A DNA stretch of 64,000 bases, taken from Candidatus Poribacteria bacterium (lineage in GTDB: Bacteria; Poribacteria; WGA-4E; WGA-3G). The position numbers and the translations under genes were made by a program. The stretch spans positions 3,197,610 through 3,261,609 of the forward strand of contig OZ219753.1 of assembly GCA_964291315.2 (NCBI GenBank). The letters are read 5' to 3'. Of the stretch, positions 50,016 to 60,685 are shown in pieces. Numbering within the stretch: the stretch's first letter is position 1; every line of letters begins with the position of its first letter. The notes beneath the pieces are model-generated. The model saw only the letters and a list, made by a program, of their open reading frames with translations. It was not told the DNA's origin and did not search any database.

Positions 50016-50867
50016 ATGCCGAAATTTGGTGTCAATTTATTACTCTGGGCAGATAAATTTGACAGAGAAACCGTAGACTTAATTCCGAAAGTGGCAGAGA
50101 TGGGGTTTGAAGGTGTCGAAATTCCTATCTTTGATCCGGACACGGTAGATATTCCACACACACAAGCCGCCCTGAAAGCCACGGGGCTCGAGCCTATCGG
50201 GTGTAACATTATGGGCCCCGATAGGAACCCGATTGATGCAGATTCTGCGGTCCGAGAAGCCGGGAAAACTTACCTCAAGCGCGCAATCGAGATTATCGCC
50301 GAACTAGGCGGAGATACGTTCGTCGGACCCATGTATAGTGCAGTCGGTAAACTGGTTGGTAGAGGCAGAAATCAACAAGAATGGGACTGGTGCGTTCAAG
50401 GGCTACAAGAAGTTGCTGAATTCGCAGGACAACACGGTATTACGCTCGCTAGTGAACCCCTCAATCGATTTGAAACCTATTTTATTAACATCGCCGAAGA
50501 CGCTGTTAAACTCGCGAAAGCAGTAGACAGCCCGTACTTTAAAGTACACCTTGATACGTTCCACATGAACATAGAAGAAAAAAATCAAGCCGACGCGATT
50601 ATCACGACCGGTGAATTCTTACATCATGTTCACTGCTGCGAGAACGATCGGGGAACTCCGGGTACAGGCCCCATAGATTGGGACGGTGTGTTCGGCGCAC
50701 TCGCCAAAGTAAACTATGACAGATGGCTGGTGATTGAATCATTTACACCCGCGGTTAAAGAGATTGCAGCTGCAACGTGCATCTGGCGGGACATCGCACC
50801 GAGCGCTGAAAGCTTGGCGACAGACGGTCTCGCGTTCCTTAAGCAGAAAGCAGCGCAATATCTATAG
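50016..50867 (+). CDS. Sugar 3-epimerase (D-psicose/D-tagatose 3-epimerase family)
   Basis: EPLNRFE, LDTFHMNIEE, H.CENDRGTPG, IESF; AGGAGG RBS. Confidence 0.88.
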   Translation: MPKFGVNLLLWADKFDRETVDLIPKVAEMGFEGVEIPIFDPDTVDIPHTQAALKATGLEPIGCNIMGPDRNPIDADSAVREAGKTYLKRAIEIIAELGGDTFVGPMYSAVGKLVGRGRNQQEWDWCVQGLQEVAEFAGQHGITLASEPLNRFETYFINIAEDAVKLAKAVDSPYFKVHLDTFHMNIEEKNQADAIITTGEFLHHVHCCENDRGTPGTGPIDWDGVFGALAKVNYDRWLVIESFTPAVKEIAAATCIWRDIAPSAESLATDGLAFLKQKAAQYL

Positions 50868-50880
50868 CAACAACCCTTCC

Positions 50881-50903
50881 GTAGGAGTGCGATTTATCGC
50901 ACG
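50881..50903. repeat. GTAG-type REP palindrome
   Basis: GTAGGA-GTGCGAT-TT-ATCGCAC. Confidence 0.7.
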
Positions 50904-50943
50904 TCTATTAGAAAGTACCATACCTAAAATCGGAGGGATTGAA

Positions 50944-53913
50944 ATGCGCTGCATAGAAGCGATCGGCCTGCTCTGCACAATACTCCTTGCCATTTTTTTA
51001 ACGAGCGATATTGTAGCACAACACGCTACATCAAACGAGACGGAAACCAACCTTGCTACCGAGGAATCACAATTTCTTAGTAACATTCGACAACTCACCT
51101 ATGACGGCAAGCGTGCTGGAGAGGGATACTTCTCCGAAGACGGCAACGCTATCATTTTTCAAAGCGAACGCGAGCTGGATAACCCGTTCTACCAAATTTA
51201 TATTTTAGACCTACTGACGGGTGATACGCACCGCGTCTCCCCGGGTATTGGTAAGACAACCTGTGCTTTCTTCCGCCCCAGGACCGACGAAGTGCTTTAC
51301 GCTTCAACACATCACGATGCCTTTGCAACAACAAAACAGGAAGAAGAGCTCAAATTCCGAGCATCAGGAAAAGAACGCCGCTATAGCTGGGATTACGACG
51401 CAGCAATGGATATTTTCTCGGCAAATCGTGATGGCAGCAACCTCAAGCAACTGACAGATGCCCCCGGATACGATGCCGAAGCATCATATTCACCCGATGG
51501 CAAGCACATCGTCTTTTGCTCACTGCGGGATGCATACCCTAAAAGCCAACTATCTCCTAAAGAGTTGAAGCAACTTGAAGTAGATCCATCTTATTTTGGC
51601 GAAATTTATATCATGAATGCCGACGGGTCAAATCAGAGACGTCTGACAGACTCCCCCGGATACGATGGAGGCCCCTTCTTTACACCTGATGGTCGACACA
51701 TCGTCTGGCGCCACTTTACACATGACGGCAGCAAAGCAGACATCTACACGATGCAGGTAGATGGTTCAAACATCCAGCGATTGACCGATTTTGACAGTGT
51801 GTCGTGGGCACCTTACTTCCACCCAAGCGGAACCTATGTTATTTTCGCTTCTAATAAACCCGGATTTTCAAATTTCGAGCTATATCTTGTTGATACAAAA
51901 GGTAGGCACGAACCCGTTCGGGTTACGACAACCGAAGGATTTGATGGACTTCCCGTCTTCTCGCCCGATGGAAGACACCTGTGTTGGACCTCCAACCGCA
52001 ATACTCAAGAGGTATCACAGCTTTATCTCGCAGAATGGGGCCATGAAATTGCTTTGGAAACACTTGCAGCAGCACCGAGACATAAACACTCACCGGAGCA
52101 TCTCATAGGACAGGCTTCTAACCCAAAACCGGGAAATAAAAAGAAAACGAGCGTTCGACAACATGTCGAATTTCTTGCCGATGACGCACTAGAAGGCAGA
52201 ATGACTGGTTCAGAAGGGGCAAAACGCGCTGCGGAACACATCGCCACACAATTTGAAGAACTGAACCTCAAGCCTGTTGGTGATGCACAAAACTATTTTC
52301 AAACTTTCGAGTTCACCGCGGGCAGGCGGATTCTACCGGAAGGAAACAAGTTCTATATCACGCTTCGAACCCAAGGTTCTGAAAAAGTATTAGAATTTAG
52401 GGTAAAAAAAGACTTCCAACCGCTCTCTTTCTCTCGTAACGGCGTTGTTGAAGGCGAAGTAGTATTCGTTGGATATGGATTATCAGTCCCCGGCGAACTC
52501 GGAGAAGGATATGACGCTTATGCCGGGTTAGATGTGAAGGATAAGGTTGTTGTTGCACTCCGCTATGTCCCTGAAGAGGTTGAACCGGAACGTCGACAGC
52601 AATTGAATCGATATGCCGGACTCCGTTACAAAGCAATGCAAGCACGAGAACAAGGAGCGAAGGCGTTTCTCGTCGTCGCGGGACCTAACTCTCCAAATGC
52701 TGGCAAACTGATCCCTCTCGATTTTGACAGCAGCCTCGCGGATTCCGGTATCGTCGCCGCGTCAATAACGGATACCGTCGCGAACGCTATCTTCACCGCG
52801 TCCGGTAGAAATTTAAAAGACGTTCAATCCGGGCTTGATATGGAAAACCCGCACTTCGTAGGGCAATTTCCGTTGCCCGATGTCAAAGTCAAAATCGTCG
52901 CCTCTATAGAAAAAGTGAAGAAAACCGCTCAGAATGTAGTCGCCCTTCTCCCACCACAAGGGTTAACAGATAGCACCGAATACGTCGTTGTCGGAGCACA
53001 CTATGACCATATCGGTTACGGTGAAATCGGCTCTCTCGCAAGAAAGGAGGAAGTGGGGCAAATTCACAACGGGGCAGATGACAATGCCTCTGGAACTGCT
53101 GTTGTATTAGAATTGGCACTAACCCTCAGTAGAGCTCACCGAGAACACCCTGAGAAATTTGGCAGAGGCGTTATCTTTGCACTCTGGTCTGGAGAAGAAC
53201 TTGGCCTTATCGGATCAACCCATTTCGCCAACCACCCGATCATCCCTTTAGAGAAAGTAACTGCATATGTCAACTTTGATATGGTAGGACGCCTCCGTGA
53301 AAATAAGCTTATCTTACAAGGGGTCGGCTCATCGTCCGTATGGACCAAGCTGATTGAAAAACGGAACGTTCCAATCGGTTTTAATCTGATGCTACAAACA
53401 GATCCTTACCTACCGACAGACACGACTGCCTTCTATTCGAAAGAGGTACCGGTACTCAGCTTTTTCACGGGCGGACATGAGGACTATAACCGTCCAACGG
53501 ATGACATAGAAACGCTTAATTATGACGGACTTGACCGGATCTCCAAATTCGCATACGGCATCATTTTGGATTTAATTAGTGGCACAGAGCGTCCGGAATA
53601 TGTTCGGGTTGAGCGGAATCAACCAGAAGAAGGGAGTAGGGAGACGCTGCGCGCGTATCTTGGCACAATCCCGGACTATACAACAGAAGAGACAGGTGTC
53701 AGACTCTCAGGCGTTCGCGCCGGCGGACCTGCCGAGAAAGCAGGTTTAAAAGGAGGCGATGTTATCGTAGAACTTGGAGGACAGAAAATTACCAATATCT
53801 ACGACTACACCTATGCCCTTGATGCGGTGAAAATCGGTAACCCTGTCGAAGTTGTCGTTCTACGAGACGCGAAACGAGTAAAGTTGACAGTTACACCCGA
53901 AGCCCGGAATTAA
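50944..53913 (+). CDS. M28 peptidase with TolB-like propeller, PA and PDZ domains
   Basis: PD40-type repeats (YSPDGK), GAHYDH, GADDNASG, SGEELGL, NFDMVG, C-terminal PDZ. Confidence 0.92.
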   Translation: MRCIEAIGLLCTILLAIFLTSDIVAQHATSNETETNLATEESQFLSNIRQLTYDGKRAGEGYFSEDGNAIIFQSERELDNPFYQIYILDLLTGDTHRVSPGIGKTTCAFFRPRTDEVLYASTHHDAFATTKQEEELKFRASGKERRYSWDYDAAMDIFSANRDGSNLKQLTDAPGYDAEASYSPDGKHIVFCSLRDAYPKSQLSPKELKQLEVDPSYFGEIYIMNADGSNQRRLTDSPGYDGGPFFTPDGRHIVWRHFTHDGSKADIYTMQVDGSNIQRLTDFDSVSWAPYFHPSGTYVIFASNKPGFSNFELYLVDTKGRHEPVRVTTTEGFDGLPVFSPDGRHLCWTSNRNTQEVSQLYLAEWGHEIALETLAAAPRHKHSPEHLIGQASNPKPGNKKKTSVRQHVEFLADDALEGRMTGSEGAKRAAEHIATQFEELNLKPVGDAQNYFQTFEFTAGRRILPEGNKFYITLRTQGSEKVLEFRVKKDFQPLSFSRNGVVEGEVVFVGYGLSVPGELGEGYDAYAGLDVKDKVVVALRYVPEEVEPERRQQLNRYAGLRYKAMQAREQGAKAFLVVAGPNSPNAGKLIPLDFDSSLADSGIVAASITDTVANAIFTASGRNLKDVQSGLDMENPHFVGQFPLPDVKVKIVASIEKVKKTAQNVVALLPPQGLTDSTEYVVVGAHYDHIGYGEIGSLARKEEVGQIHNGADDNASGTAVVLELALTLSRAHREHPEKFGRGVIFALWSGEELGLIGSTHFANHPIIPLEKVTAYVNFDMVGRLRENKLILQGVGSSSVWTKLIEKRNVPIGFNLMLQTDPYLPTDTTAFYSKEVPVLSFFTGGHEDYNRPTDDIETLNYDGLDRISKFAYGIILDLISGTERPEYVRVERNQPEEGSRETLRAYLGTIPDYTTEETGVRLSGVRAGGPAEKAGLKGGDVIVELGGQKITNIYDYTYALDAVKIGNPVEVVVLRDAKRVKLTVTPEARN

Positions 53914-54047
53914 TCTACCTCTGAGACACCGTTCGCATTATATCATATAACCGAAGTCAGCTCTCCTAAACCGGTTTAGCCTCAAACCAGAAAGAACAGT
54001 GTACTCCCAATTTTATGTATTTCATTTGACTACAAGAGGAGAATCTC

Positions 54048-55217
54048 GTGAATTTGAAAATTTTTAAATTGTCAATGTGTGTGCTCGTTCTACTCTCGGG
54101 CGTGCTGCTGTCCGCGTGCAATAGGATCCAGGACATAGGAATAACTGATGAAATGGTCCCTCCATCCGACACCGACATTGTGCCTACGCTGAAAGTAGGC
54201 GTGATTCGTCCATATCCACTCTATCCAAATTTTGGTGAAGGCGCAGAACTTGCTCTATCCGAGATCAATCAAGCAGGCGGCGTTCTAGGGAGGCAAGTCG
54301 AGTTTGTCTATAGAGAGGAGCTCACCGAAAACGTTGTTCAATCCGCTACAGACTTAATTACACAAGAAAAGGTAGTGGCAATTTTGGGACCGCTGTTTTC
54401 AAGTCATGCCGTGAAAGTTGGACCCGTTGCTACGGTCCCGGTACTCCCGGGCGCAACAGGCGCAAACGTAACGGACACCGGTGACTTCCTTTTCCTCGCA
54501 GCAAGTTCCAATGTGTTGCAGGCAAAACTTATGGCACAATTCGCAGTTAGTGAACTCGGGGCGAAAACAGCTGCAATGATCTGGCAGAACGAAGATGTCT
54601 ATTCTATCGGTTTCATTAAAGCATTCGATGCTAACTTCCAAGAACTCGGCGGCAGCATCCTTGCCAAGGAAACCTACGAAAAAGACGACACGACGTTCGA
54701 AACACAGCTCATAGCCATCAGAGAGGCGGACCCGGATGTACTCTTTCTCGCAAGTTTCCCACCGGAAAACCCGCTTATAATGAAACAAGCGAGAGACATG
54801 GGAATCGAATCCATCTTTATTGGCAGCGATGGTATGGACGATTCATTGATGTTCAAGGTCTTGGAAGATAACACACCGCTTGAAAACACCTATTATTGTA
54901 CACACTTTGATCCAGATAAAGTAGAATTTATCTCTGCATACGAAACCATGTTTGAAACCCCCGCTAACGGAATGGCCGCAAGTGGCTACGATGCCATGAA
55001 AATATTAGCAATTGCACTTCAGGCAGCGGAATCGACAGATCCAGTAGTGATTCGGGACGCAATTGCTGCGATAACCGATTACGAGGGAGCCACAAGCATT
55101 TCTTACTTCGACGAGAACCGCCACCCTGTCAAAAGTATCAATGTCTTCCAAATTAGTGACGGGCAGAGGAAGGCTTACCCAACTAAAATAGCACCTGAGA
55201 TTAGTAAATCTGAGTAA
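54048..55217 (+). CDS. Branched-chain amino acid-type ABC substrate-binding lipoprotein
   Basis: Lipobox LSAC; EINQAGGVLGRQVE; GYDA; type I periplasmic binding protein. Confidence 0.88.
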   Translation: MNLKIFKLSMCVLVLLSGVLLSACNRIQDIGITDEMVPPSDTDIVPTLKVGVIRPYPLYPNFGEGAELALSEINQAGGVLGRQVEFVYREELTENVVQSATDLITQEKVVAILGPLFSSHAVKVGPVATVPVLPGATGANVTDTGDFLFLAASSNVLQAKLMAQFAVSELGAKTAAMIWQNEDVYSIGFIKAFDANFQELGGSILAKETYEKDDTTFETQLIAIREADPDVLFLASFPPENPLIMKQARDMGIESIFIGSDGMDDSLMFKVLEDNTPLENTYYCTHFDPDKVEFISAYETMFETPANGMAASGYDAMKILAIALQAAESTDPVVIRDAIAAITDYEGATSISYFDENRHPVKSINVFQISDGQRKAYPTKIAPEISKSE

Positions 55218-55310
55218 GTACAAAACATCTCAAACAAAAATCGTGCTTCGACAGAATTTCAATTGCTATTTTAGCACACCTTACTTCGTTTAAGAACTAA
55301 GCCAATTTTG

Positions 55311-56441
55311 TTACTGAAACGCCAGATGTGCGACAACACCGGCATGGTCAGAAGGCCACAATCCAGAGGTCAACCGCTCCGAGGGTTTATCCCCCACAGT
55401 ATGTGTTCGAATAGAAGCAGGAAGCTCCAAGTTACGGACGAAAATCTGGTCAATCCGTATAGAGAGAGCATTCATCTCATTTAAGAGGTCGTTTTCTTGA
55501 CAACAAGTGTCCCCAGTCTCTTCGGAATCCAGCTGCCAAACATCAGAATATCCTGCTGATAGTAAAGTTTGATAAGCAGCACCGTCAGTTGCCCTTGTAT
55601 TAAAATCCCCTAACAAAATAATCGGTAAGGTTTCGTCTCCGAGAACATCAATCAATTCTTGCGCTTGTGCCTCCCGACTCTCCTGTACAAACGCCTCTAA
55701 GTGTGTGTTCACAAAACGATAAGTGACACCGTCAACAGTAGCATCTACGGCCGTATACCCCCTCTGAACTTCAAGAGCAAGCATGTCGATTGTAAGCAGA
55801 TTTGCATAGTTCGCACTCACAGGACGTGATGTCACAACATCGCTGCGAGCCAAAATTACATCAAAATCGGTCAAGCGGACATCGACTATCCCGGCATCAG
55901 TGAACATTGGCATTTCGACATCAATGTTTTGGACCTGGGCAGCAACCCGATAGTTTAAACCTTCTGATTGAAGAGCGTCCATCAGGACTTGGAGAAAATC
56001 TATGACAACTTCTTCAGCTGGAACAGTCCCGCCCGCAATGCGATCCCCCGGGCTCTGTCGCCGAATTAGCGAAATCTCTTGCAAACCGATGAGATGCGGA
56101 CGATACAGTTTTATAGATTCAGCGATCGCTGCAGCGCGCCCTGGGAAATCAGATGCTATGACGTTGTTGTATATGTTAGCAACTTCCGTCGGCACTTGCA
56201 ATACATTCTCTACGGCCAAAAGTGCATCTACACTGCTACCGACATAAACGTTATAGGTCATCACTGTAAGCGGCTCCGCATCCGGGGCAATGGCATCTGG
56301 TATCATCGACATTTGTATTTTTTCACAACTCGAAAAACTCAACAGTATCCCCAATAACAGAATCCCTGTTTTCACAAAAGAGACAAGTTTTGAAAATCTA
56401 TCATAACAATTTATTTTTCTCGACATATTCATCTCCAACAC
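55311..56441 (-). CDS. Endonuclease/exonuclease/phosphatase family lipoprotein
   Basis: VMTYNV, GLQE, NTHLE, GDFN, RIDQIF, SDH; FSSC lipobox. Confidence 0.9.
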   Translation of the reverse strand: MLEMNMSRKINCYDRFSKLVSFVKTGILLLGILLSFSSCEKIQMSMIPDAIAPDAEPLTVMTYNVYVGSSVDALLAVENVLQVPTEVANIYNNVIASDFPGRAAAIAESIKLYRPHLIGLQEISLIRRQSPGDRIAGGTVPAEEVVIDFLQVLMDALQSEGLNYRVAAQVQNIDVEMPMFTDAGIVDVRLTDFDVILARSDVVTSRPVSANYANLLTIDMLALEVQRGYTAVDATVDGVTYRFVNTHLEAFVQESREAQAQELIDVLGDETLPIILLGDFNTRATDGAAYQTLLSAGYSDVWQLDSEETGDTCCQENDLLNEMNALSIRIDQIFVRNLELPASIRTHTVGDKPSERLTSGLWPSDHAGVVAHLAFQ

Positions 56442-56659
56442 CTCAATTTTGTAATTGAGGCTACTTTGCTAATCAGTGATCTTTTGACCACCGCTAGTAT
56501 TGATTATTTATCATCTCTGAAGAAACTTACACCGAAGAAGAGCGTACCACAAATCTATTTATGTGTCAAATTGAATTGTCTTGTTACTTCCGCTTGACAC
56601 TTGCCTATCATTCCACTTATACTTAAGAGAGTTTTCTAAAACGCTATGGAGGTATTGTA

Positions 56660-57100
56660 GTGAGATACTACTATCAATCTTGTTTGTATTACTGGAAGTT
56701 AGCACTTATATGCCCTTTTATGACAACAATATTCCTTATTGGATGCAGTCACACAAAGGGCGGGACGGAGTTCTCTCAATCGACCCAGCTCATTGGGGCA
56801 ATCACCGAGATAGACGACCACGGTAACGCTGTGACTGACTTAGTAATTGCACCGTTTATCACGCGTGGCTGGGAACTTGGCGATACGCTCAAAGTAACCT
56901 TTGCAACCGGGCAGAAAATTCAGATAAAATTAGTTGAAAACTATGGAGATGTTCCTGTAGGTGACTATTTAGGCCGGTTTTCGACCACCACGAAACGCTT
57001 TAAAATCGCGATTAATAGCGGGAATATCGCCAAAACACTAGAGTTGGAGAGCCCAAGCAGAGTAGTTCTTAAGAAAGTAGATTCCCCGGCAACAGATTGA
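56660..57100 (+). CDS. Lipoprotein consisting of a stand-alone SAM hydroxide adenosyltransferase C-terminal-like domain
   Basis: LIGC lipobox; IDDHGNAVTD, YGDVPVG, KIAINSGN motifs. Confidence 0.65.
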   Translation: MRYYYQSCLYYWKLALICPFMTTIFLIGCSHTKGGTEFSQSTQLIGAITEIDDHGNAVTDLVIAPFITRGWELGDTLKVTFATGQKIQIKLVENYGDVPVGDYLGRFSTTTKRFKIAINSGNIAKTLELESPSRVVLKKVDSPATD

Positions 57101-57196
57101 AAAGCTCTGCCACGTCAAGTGGACAGCTCTTCTCTACTTTACAAATACAAACGGTTCTTTAATAAAAAAATATATGATAGAGGGGTAGATATAGAA

Positions 57197-58771
57197 ATGC
57201 TCTTGACGCTTAAACAAGCAAGCAAATGGGCTTCAGAACATCTCAGCAAAAATGTTACATCGTCAAATATCTCCTATTTAATCCAATATGGGAGGATTGA
57301 ATCCGTTGTTAGCAATAGCGTAACGTTAGTTCCCATGCAAAGTCTTGTGGATTACTACAGCCTGAGTTGTAGAGAGACGCGATGGAAGGACCAGCTCGGA
57401 GACGATTTAAATTGGACATTGGCTTTTGAAAAGGTTAAAGAGGCAGAAACAACAAAACACGTTCACCGGTTACATCCGTATAAAGGCAAATTTATTCCAC
57501 AGCTGGTAGCCTATTTCTTGGATTTGCATACTGACAGTTTTAAGCGAGATGTCTATTTTCAGCCGAGCGATATTGTGCTTGACCCATTTTGCGGAAGTGG
57601 GACTACCTTGGTACAAGCCAACGAATTGGGTATGCACGCGATTGGCATTGACGTTTCAGCATTTAATGCCTTCATCAGCAACGGTAAAGTCGGAACATAT
57701 AATTTGACTCATCTGTATGAAGAAAGCCAAAAAATCACAGCATCGCTCAAAAATTTCGTCGCTACATCTGGGGTAACCGAATTTGAAGCTAAACTCTCAG
57801 AAATGCTTGTAGATTTCAATAATCAACACTTTCCAGCCTCTTTCAAACGCCAAGTCAGATCGGGTGAAATAGATCAGAAGCAGTATGGAGCTGAGAAAGA
57901 ATCCATTTTTTTAGAAACATACCATAAACTTGTCGCCGAGTACCAAATTGACACACAGATACTTAGTGACACCGATCGTTTCATGAAAACGTGGTATTTT
58001 CTCGGGGTCAGGACAGAGATCGATTTTGTTCACAACGCAATTCGCAAAGTGGAAGATCTGTCAACACAAAAAGCTTTGAAGCTCATTTTAAGCCGTACCA
58101 TCCGTTCCTGTAGAGCCACAACACACGCAGATTTAGGTACATTGCGGCAGCCTGTAACGACGACCTATTATTGTCGGAAACATGGGAAAGTTTGCAAACC
58201 GCTCTTTTCAATCCTGAGATGGTGGGAGCGATATAATAAAGACAGCATAGCACGATGGTCTGAGTTCAGTAAATTAAAAACGGATACCTTTCAACACTGT
58301 ATCACCGGTGATTCACGGACAATCGACATCTTCGCTACGCTAAAACAGGTAGATTCGCAATTCACAGAAACTTGCCAAAAACAACTGATTAAGGGTATTT
58401 TTACTAGCCCACCGTATGTTGGCCTCATCAACTACCACGAGCAACATGCCTACGCTTATGATCTCTTTGGATTCAAACGGCTAGATGAATTAGAAATTGG
58501 TCCCTTATCTAGAGGAAAAGGAAGAGAAGCAAGAAAAACATATATTCACGGCACAGCGGAAGTTTTCAAAAACTGTAAGCGGTTTTTGGCCGATGATTAC
58601 GATGTCTTTGTAGTCGCAAACGATAAGTTTAACATGTATCCGACTATCGCTGAAATAGCGGGGATGTGCATTGTCAACCAATACAAACGCCCCGTCTTAA
58701 ACCGAACTGAAAAAAATCGAGAAGCAGCATATTCCGAAACGATATTTCACTTGAAAGAAAAAAGGAATTGA
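57197..58771 (+). CDS. m4C-type DNA methyltransferase with N-terminal HTH (MjaII-like)
   Basis: HRLHPYKGKFIPQL, DPFCGSGT, TSPPY; start set at ATG 57197. Confidence 0.88.
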   Translation: MLLTLKQASKWASEHLSKNVTSSNISYLIQYGRIESVVSNSVTLVPMQSLVDYYSLSCRETRWKDQLGDDLNWTLAFEKVKEAETTKHVHRLHPYKGKFIPQLVAYFLDLHTDSFKRDVYFQPSDIVLDPFCGSGTTLVQANELGMHAIGIDVSAFNAFISNGKVGTYNLTHLYEESQKITASLKNFVATSGVTEFEAKLSEMLVDFNNQHFPASFKRQVRSGEIDQKQYGAEKESIFLETYHKLVAEYQIDTQILSDTDRFMKTWYFLGVRTEIDFVHNAIRKVEDLSTQKALKLILSRTIRSCRATTHADLGTLRQPVTTTYYCRKHGKVCKPLFSILRWWERYNKDSIARWSEFSKLKTDTFQHCITGDSRTIDIFATLKQVDSQFTETCQKQLIKGIFTSPPYVGLINYHEQHAYAYDLFGFKRLDELEIGPLSRGKGREARKTYIHGTAEVFKNCKRFLADDYDVFVVANDKFNMYPTIAEIAGMCIVNQYKRPVLNRTEKNREAAYSETIFHLKEKRN

Positions 58772-58774
58772 CGG

Positions 58775-59545
58775 ATGCCCTTACAACGACAAACAGCAAT
58801 TAAAGAAACAATTAAAAAGTGTCTAAGGACTAAATTTCGGTATTATAAGCCTGAAACTGATAAAATGCCATTTCACTACCGTTTGCTCGGTAAGGATAGA
58901 ATGGCTTTATTTTCATTTATCCAGTCCTTGAATACAACATTTGGTGTATCGATTTATGAGCCAGTGGCTATTGCCCTGGCGAGGTAAAGGTTTAAGGTCG
59001 TAGAAACACAAGTTAAACCCTTTAACAAAATTAGCTCGGAAGCACACAAGCAAATTCAGACTATAATGAATGAATTAACGGCGGCTAATAGAGATCCCGA
59101 CAAATCTATAGAAATAGAAAAGATCAGAGAAGTTTGCTGCACTGGCACCTTAGAAACAGTTAAATTGACTCAAGTAGATGTCTGGATCGAAAACCATGAA
59201 GATGAATTGTTTTTAATCGATCTGAAAACTGTGAAACCTAACAAAGGAAATTTCGAGAAATTCAAACGAACACTATTGGAATGGGGTGCCGCTGAATTAG
59301 CCCGAGATCCCAGTGTTGTTGTAAACACAATGATCGGGATCCCCTACAACCCTTATGCACCCAAAGAATATAAACGATGGACAATGAAAGGGATGTTAGA
59401 CCTAAACCACGAAGTTTTGATAGCAGAAAATCTCTGGGATTTTTTGGGTGGTGAAGGCAGTTACACAGATCTGCTAGATGCCTTTGAGAAAGCAGGTCTT
59501 GAATTAAGGGATGAGATTGATACTTATTTTGAGAAATTCAGATAA
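58775..59545 (+). pseudogene. TdeIII/MjaII-family type II restriction endonuclease with an in-frame TAA (58985-58987)
   Basis: PET..MPFHYRLLGKDRMALFSFIQSLNTTFG and DLKTVKPN motifs; both ORF pieces are in the same frame and joined by 26 open codons. Confidence 0.85.
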
Positions 59546-59571
59546 ATTTTCCGATTCTTAACGGGCTTTTT

Positions 59572-60600
59572 ATGAAAGTTGATAATGCTTTTGATAAAAG
59601 AGAATTACTGAAACACCTCGTTACTGCCTACAAGCTACCGTTGCAGTCGATAACCTTTCTTCCTGAGGGTGAAGATAGTTACGGTTACATTATTGCTTCC
59701 GAAACAGGTGAAAAATATTTTGCCAAAGCCTCAACTTCTGTGCCAAGCAGTCGCTTGCATGTAGCCTCACTCTTGCGGCACCAATGCAACATATCCGGTA
59801 TCGTGGCACCTTTGAAAACACAAGACGGGCAACAAACTATGGCATGGCAACACTTCCAAGTCTCGCTGTTTCCGTTCATTGAAGGTAAAACTCGCTGGGA
59901 TCTGTGGAAAGCCGGAGCAGATTTCACGGACACCCAACTTTCAGAAACAGGAGCCTTACTTGCAACAATCCATGGCTGTTCAAATACAATCGCATCCAAT
60001 CATCTTACATCAGCAAAATACGATCTACCTTTACGACATGAATTTCACACAGTCCTTGAGGCACCTTCGAAAAAAACAACACCGCAGAACCAATATCAGA
60101 AACAGCTCCTTGAATTACTCATACAACACAAATCAGAGATTCTGCAGACCCTCGAAAGATACGAAAGTCTTGGACACTCGGCAGCAGCATTACAGATTCC
60201 TTTCGTCATTACACACGGCGATCCGACCCCTGGCAACCTCATCCTAGATCTCGAGAATCGACTTCATTTAATCGATTGGGATAGTGTGTGTTTAGGTCCA
60301 CCCGAAAAAGATTTGGTCGCCTTCACGGGGGAACGGTTTGAGGTGGTTTTGGAAAGGTATCTTACCGAGAGCGAAGAGAAAGCCTCTCTATATGCGGATA
60401 TTTTTGGCTTCTATATCTACGAATGGACAATTAATGAAATCCGAGATTACGGCACCAAGATTCTCTTTCGGCACAACAACGCAAAACAGAACGAATACGA
60501 CTGGGAAAGCCTGCAAGACTACCTTCCGCCGAATCGAGAGTACATGGAAGATGGAATCGAGGTTATCCGAAGAACACTGGCACAATATCAAAACGTTTAG
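59572..60600 (+). CDS. Aminoglycoside phosphotransferase family kinase
   Basis: THGDPTPGN, LIDWD, PPEKDL. Confidence 0.85.
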   Translation: MKVDNAFDKRELLKHLVTAYKLPLQSITFLPEGEDSYGYIIASETGEKYFAKASTSVPSSRLHVASLLRHQCNISGIVAPLKTQDGQQTMAWQHFQVSLFPFIEGKTRWDLWKAGADFTDTQLSETGALLATIHGCSNTIASNHLTSAKYDLPLRHEFHTVLEAPSKKTTPQNQYQKQLLELLIQHKSEILQTLERYESLGHSAAALQIPFVITHGDPTPGNLILDLENRLHLIDWDSVCLGPPEKDLVAFTGERFEVVLERYLTESEEKASLYADIFGFYIYEWTINEIRDYGTKILFRHNNAKQNEYDWESLQDYLPPNREYMEDGIEVIRRTLAQYQNV

Positions 60601-60685
60601 CATGCCGAAAATTTAAAAAGGAGTAACGTAGAGGCCAGAAATTTATTTTTCTCCTACACATCTAAATATGGAGGTCAGTTAAACA

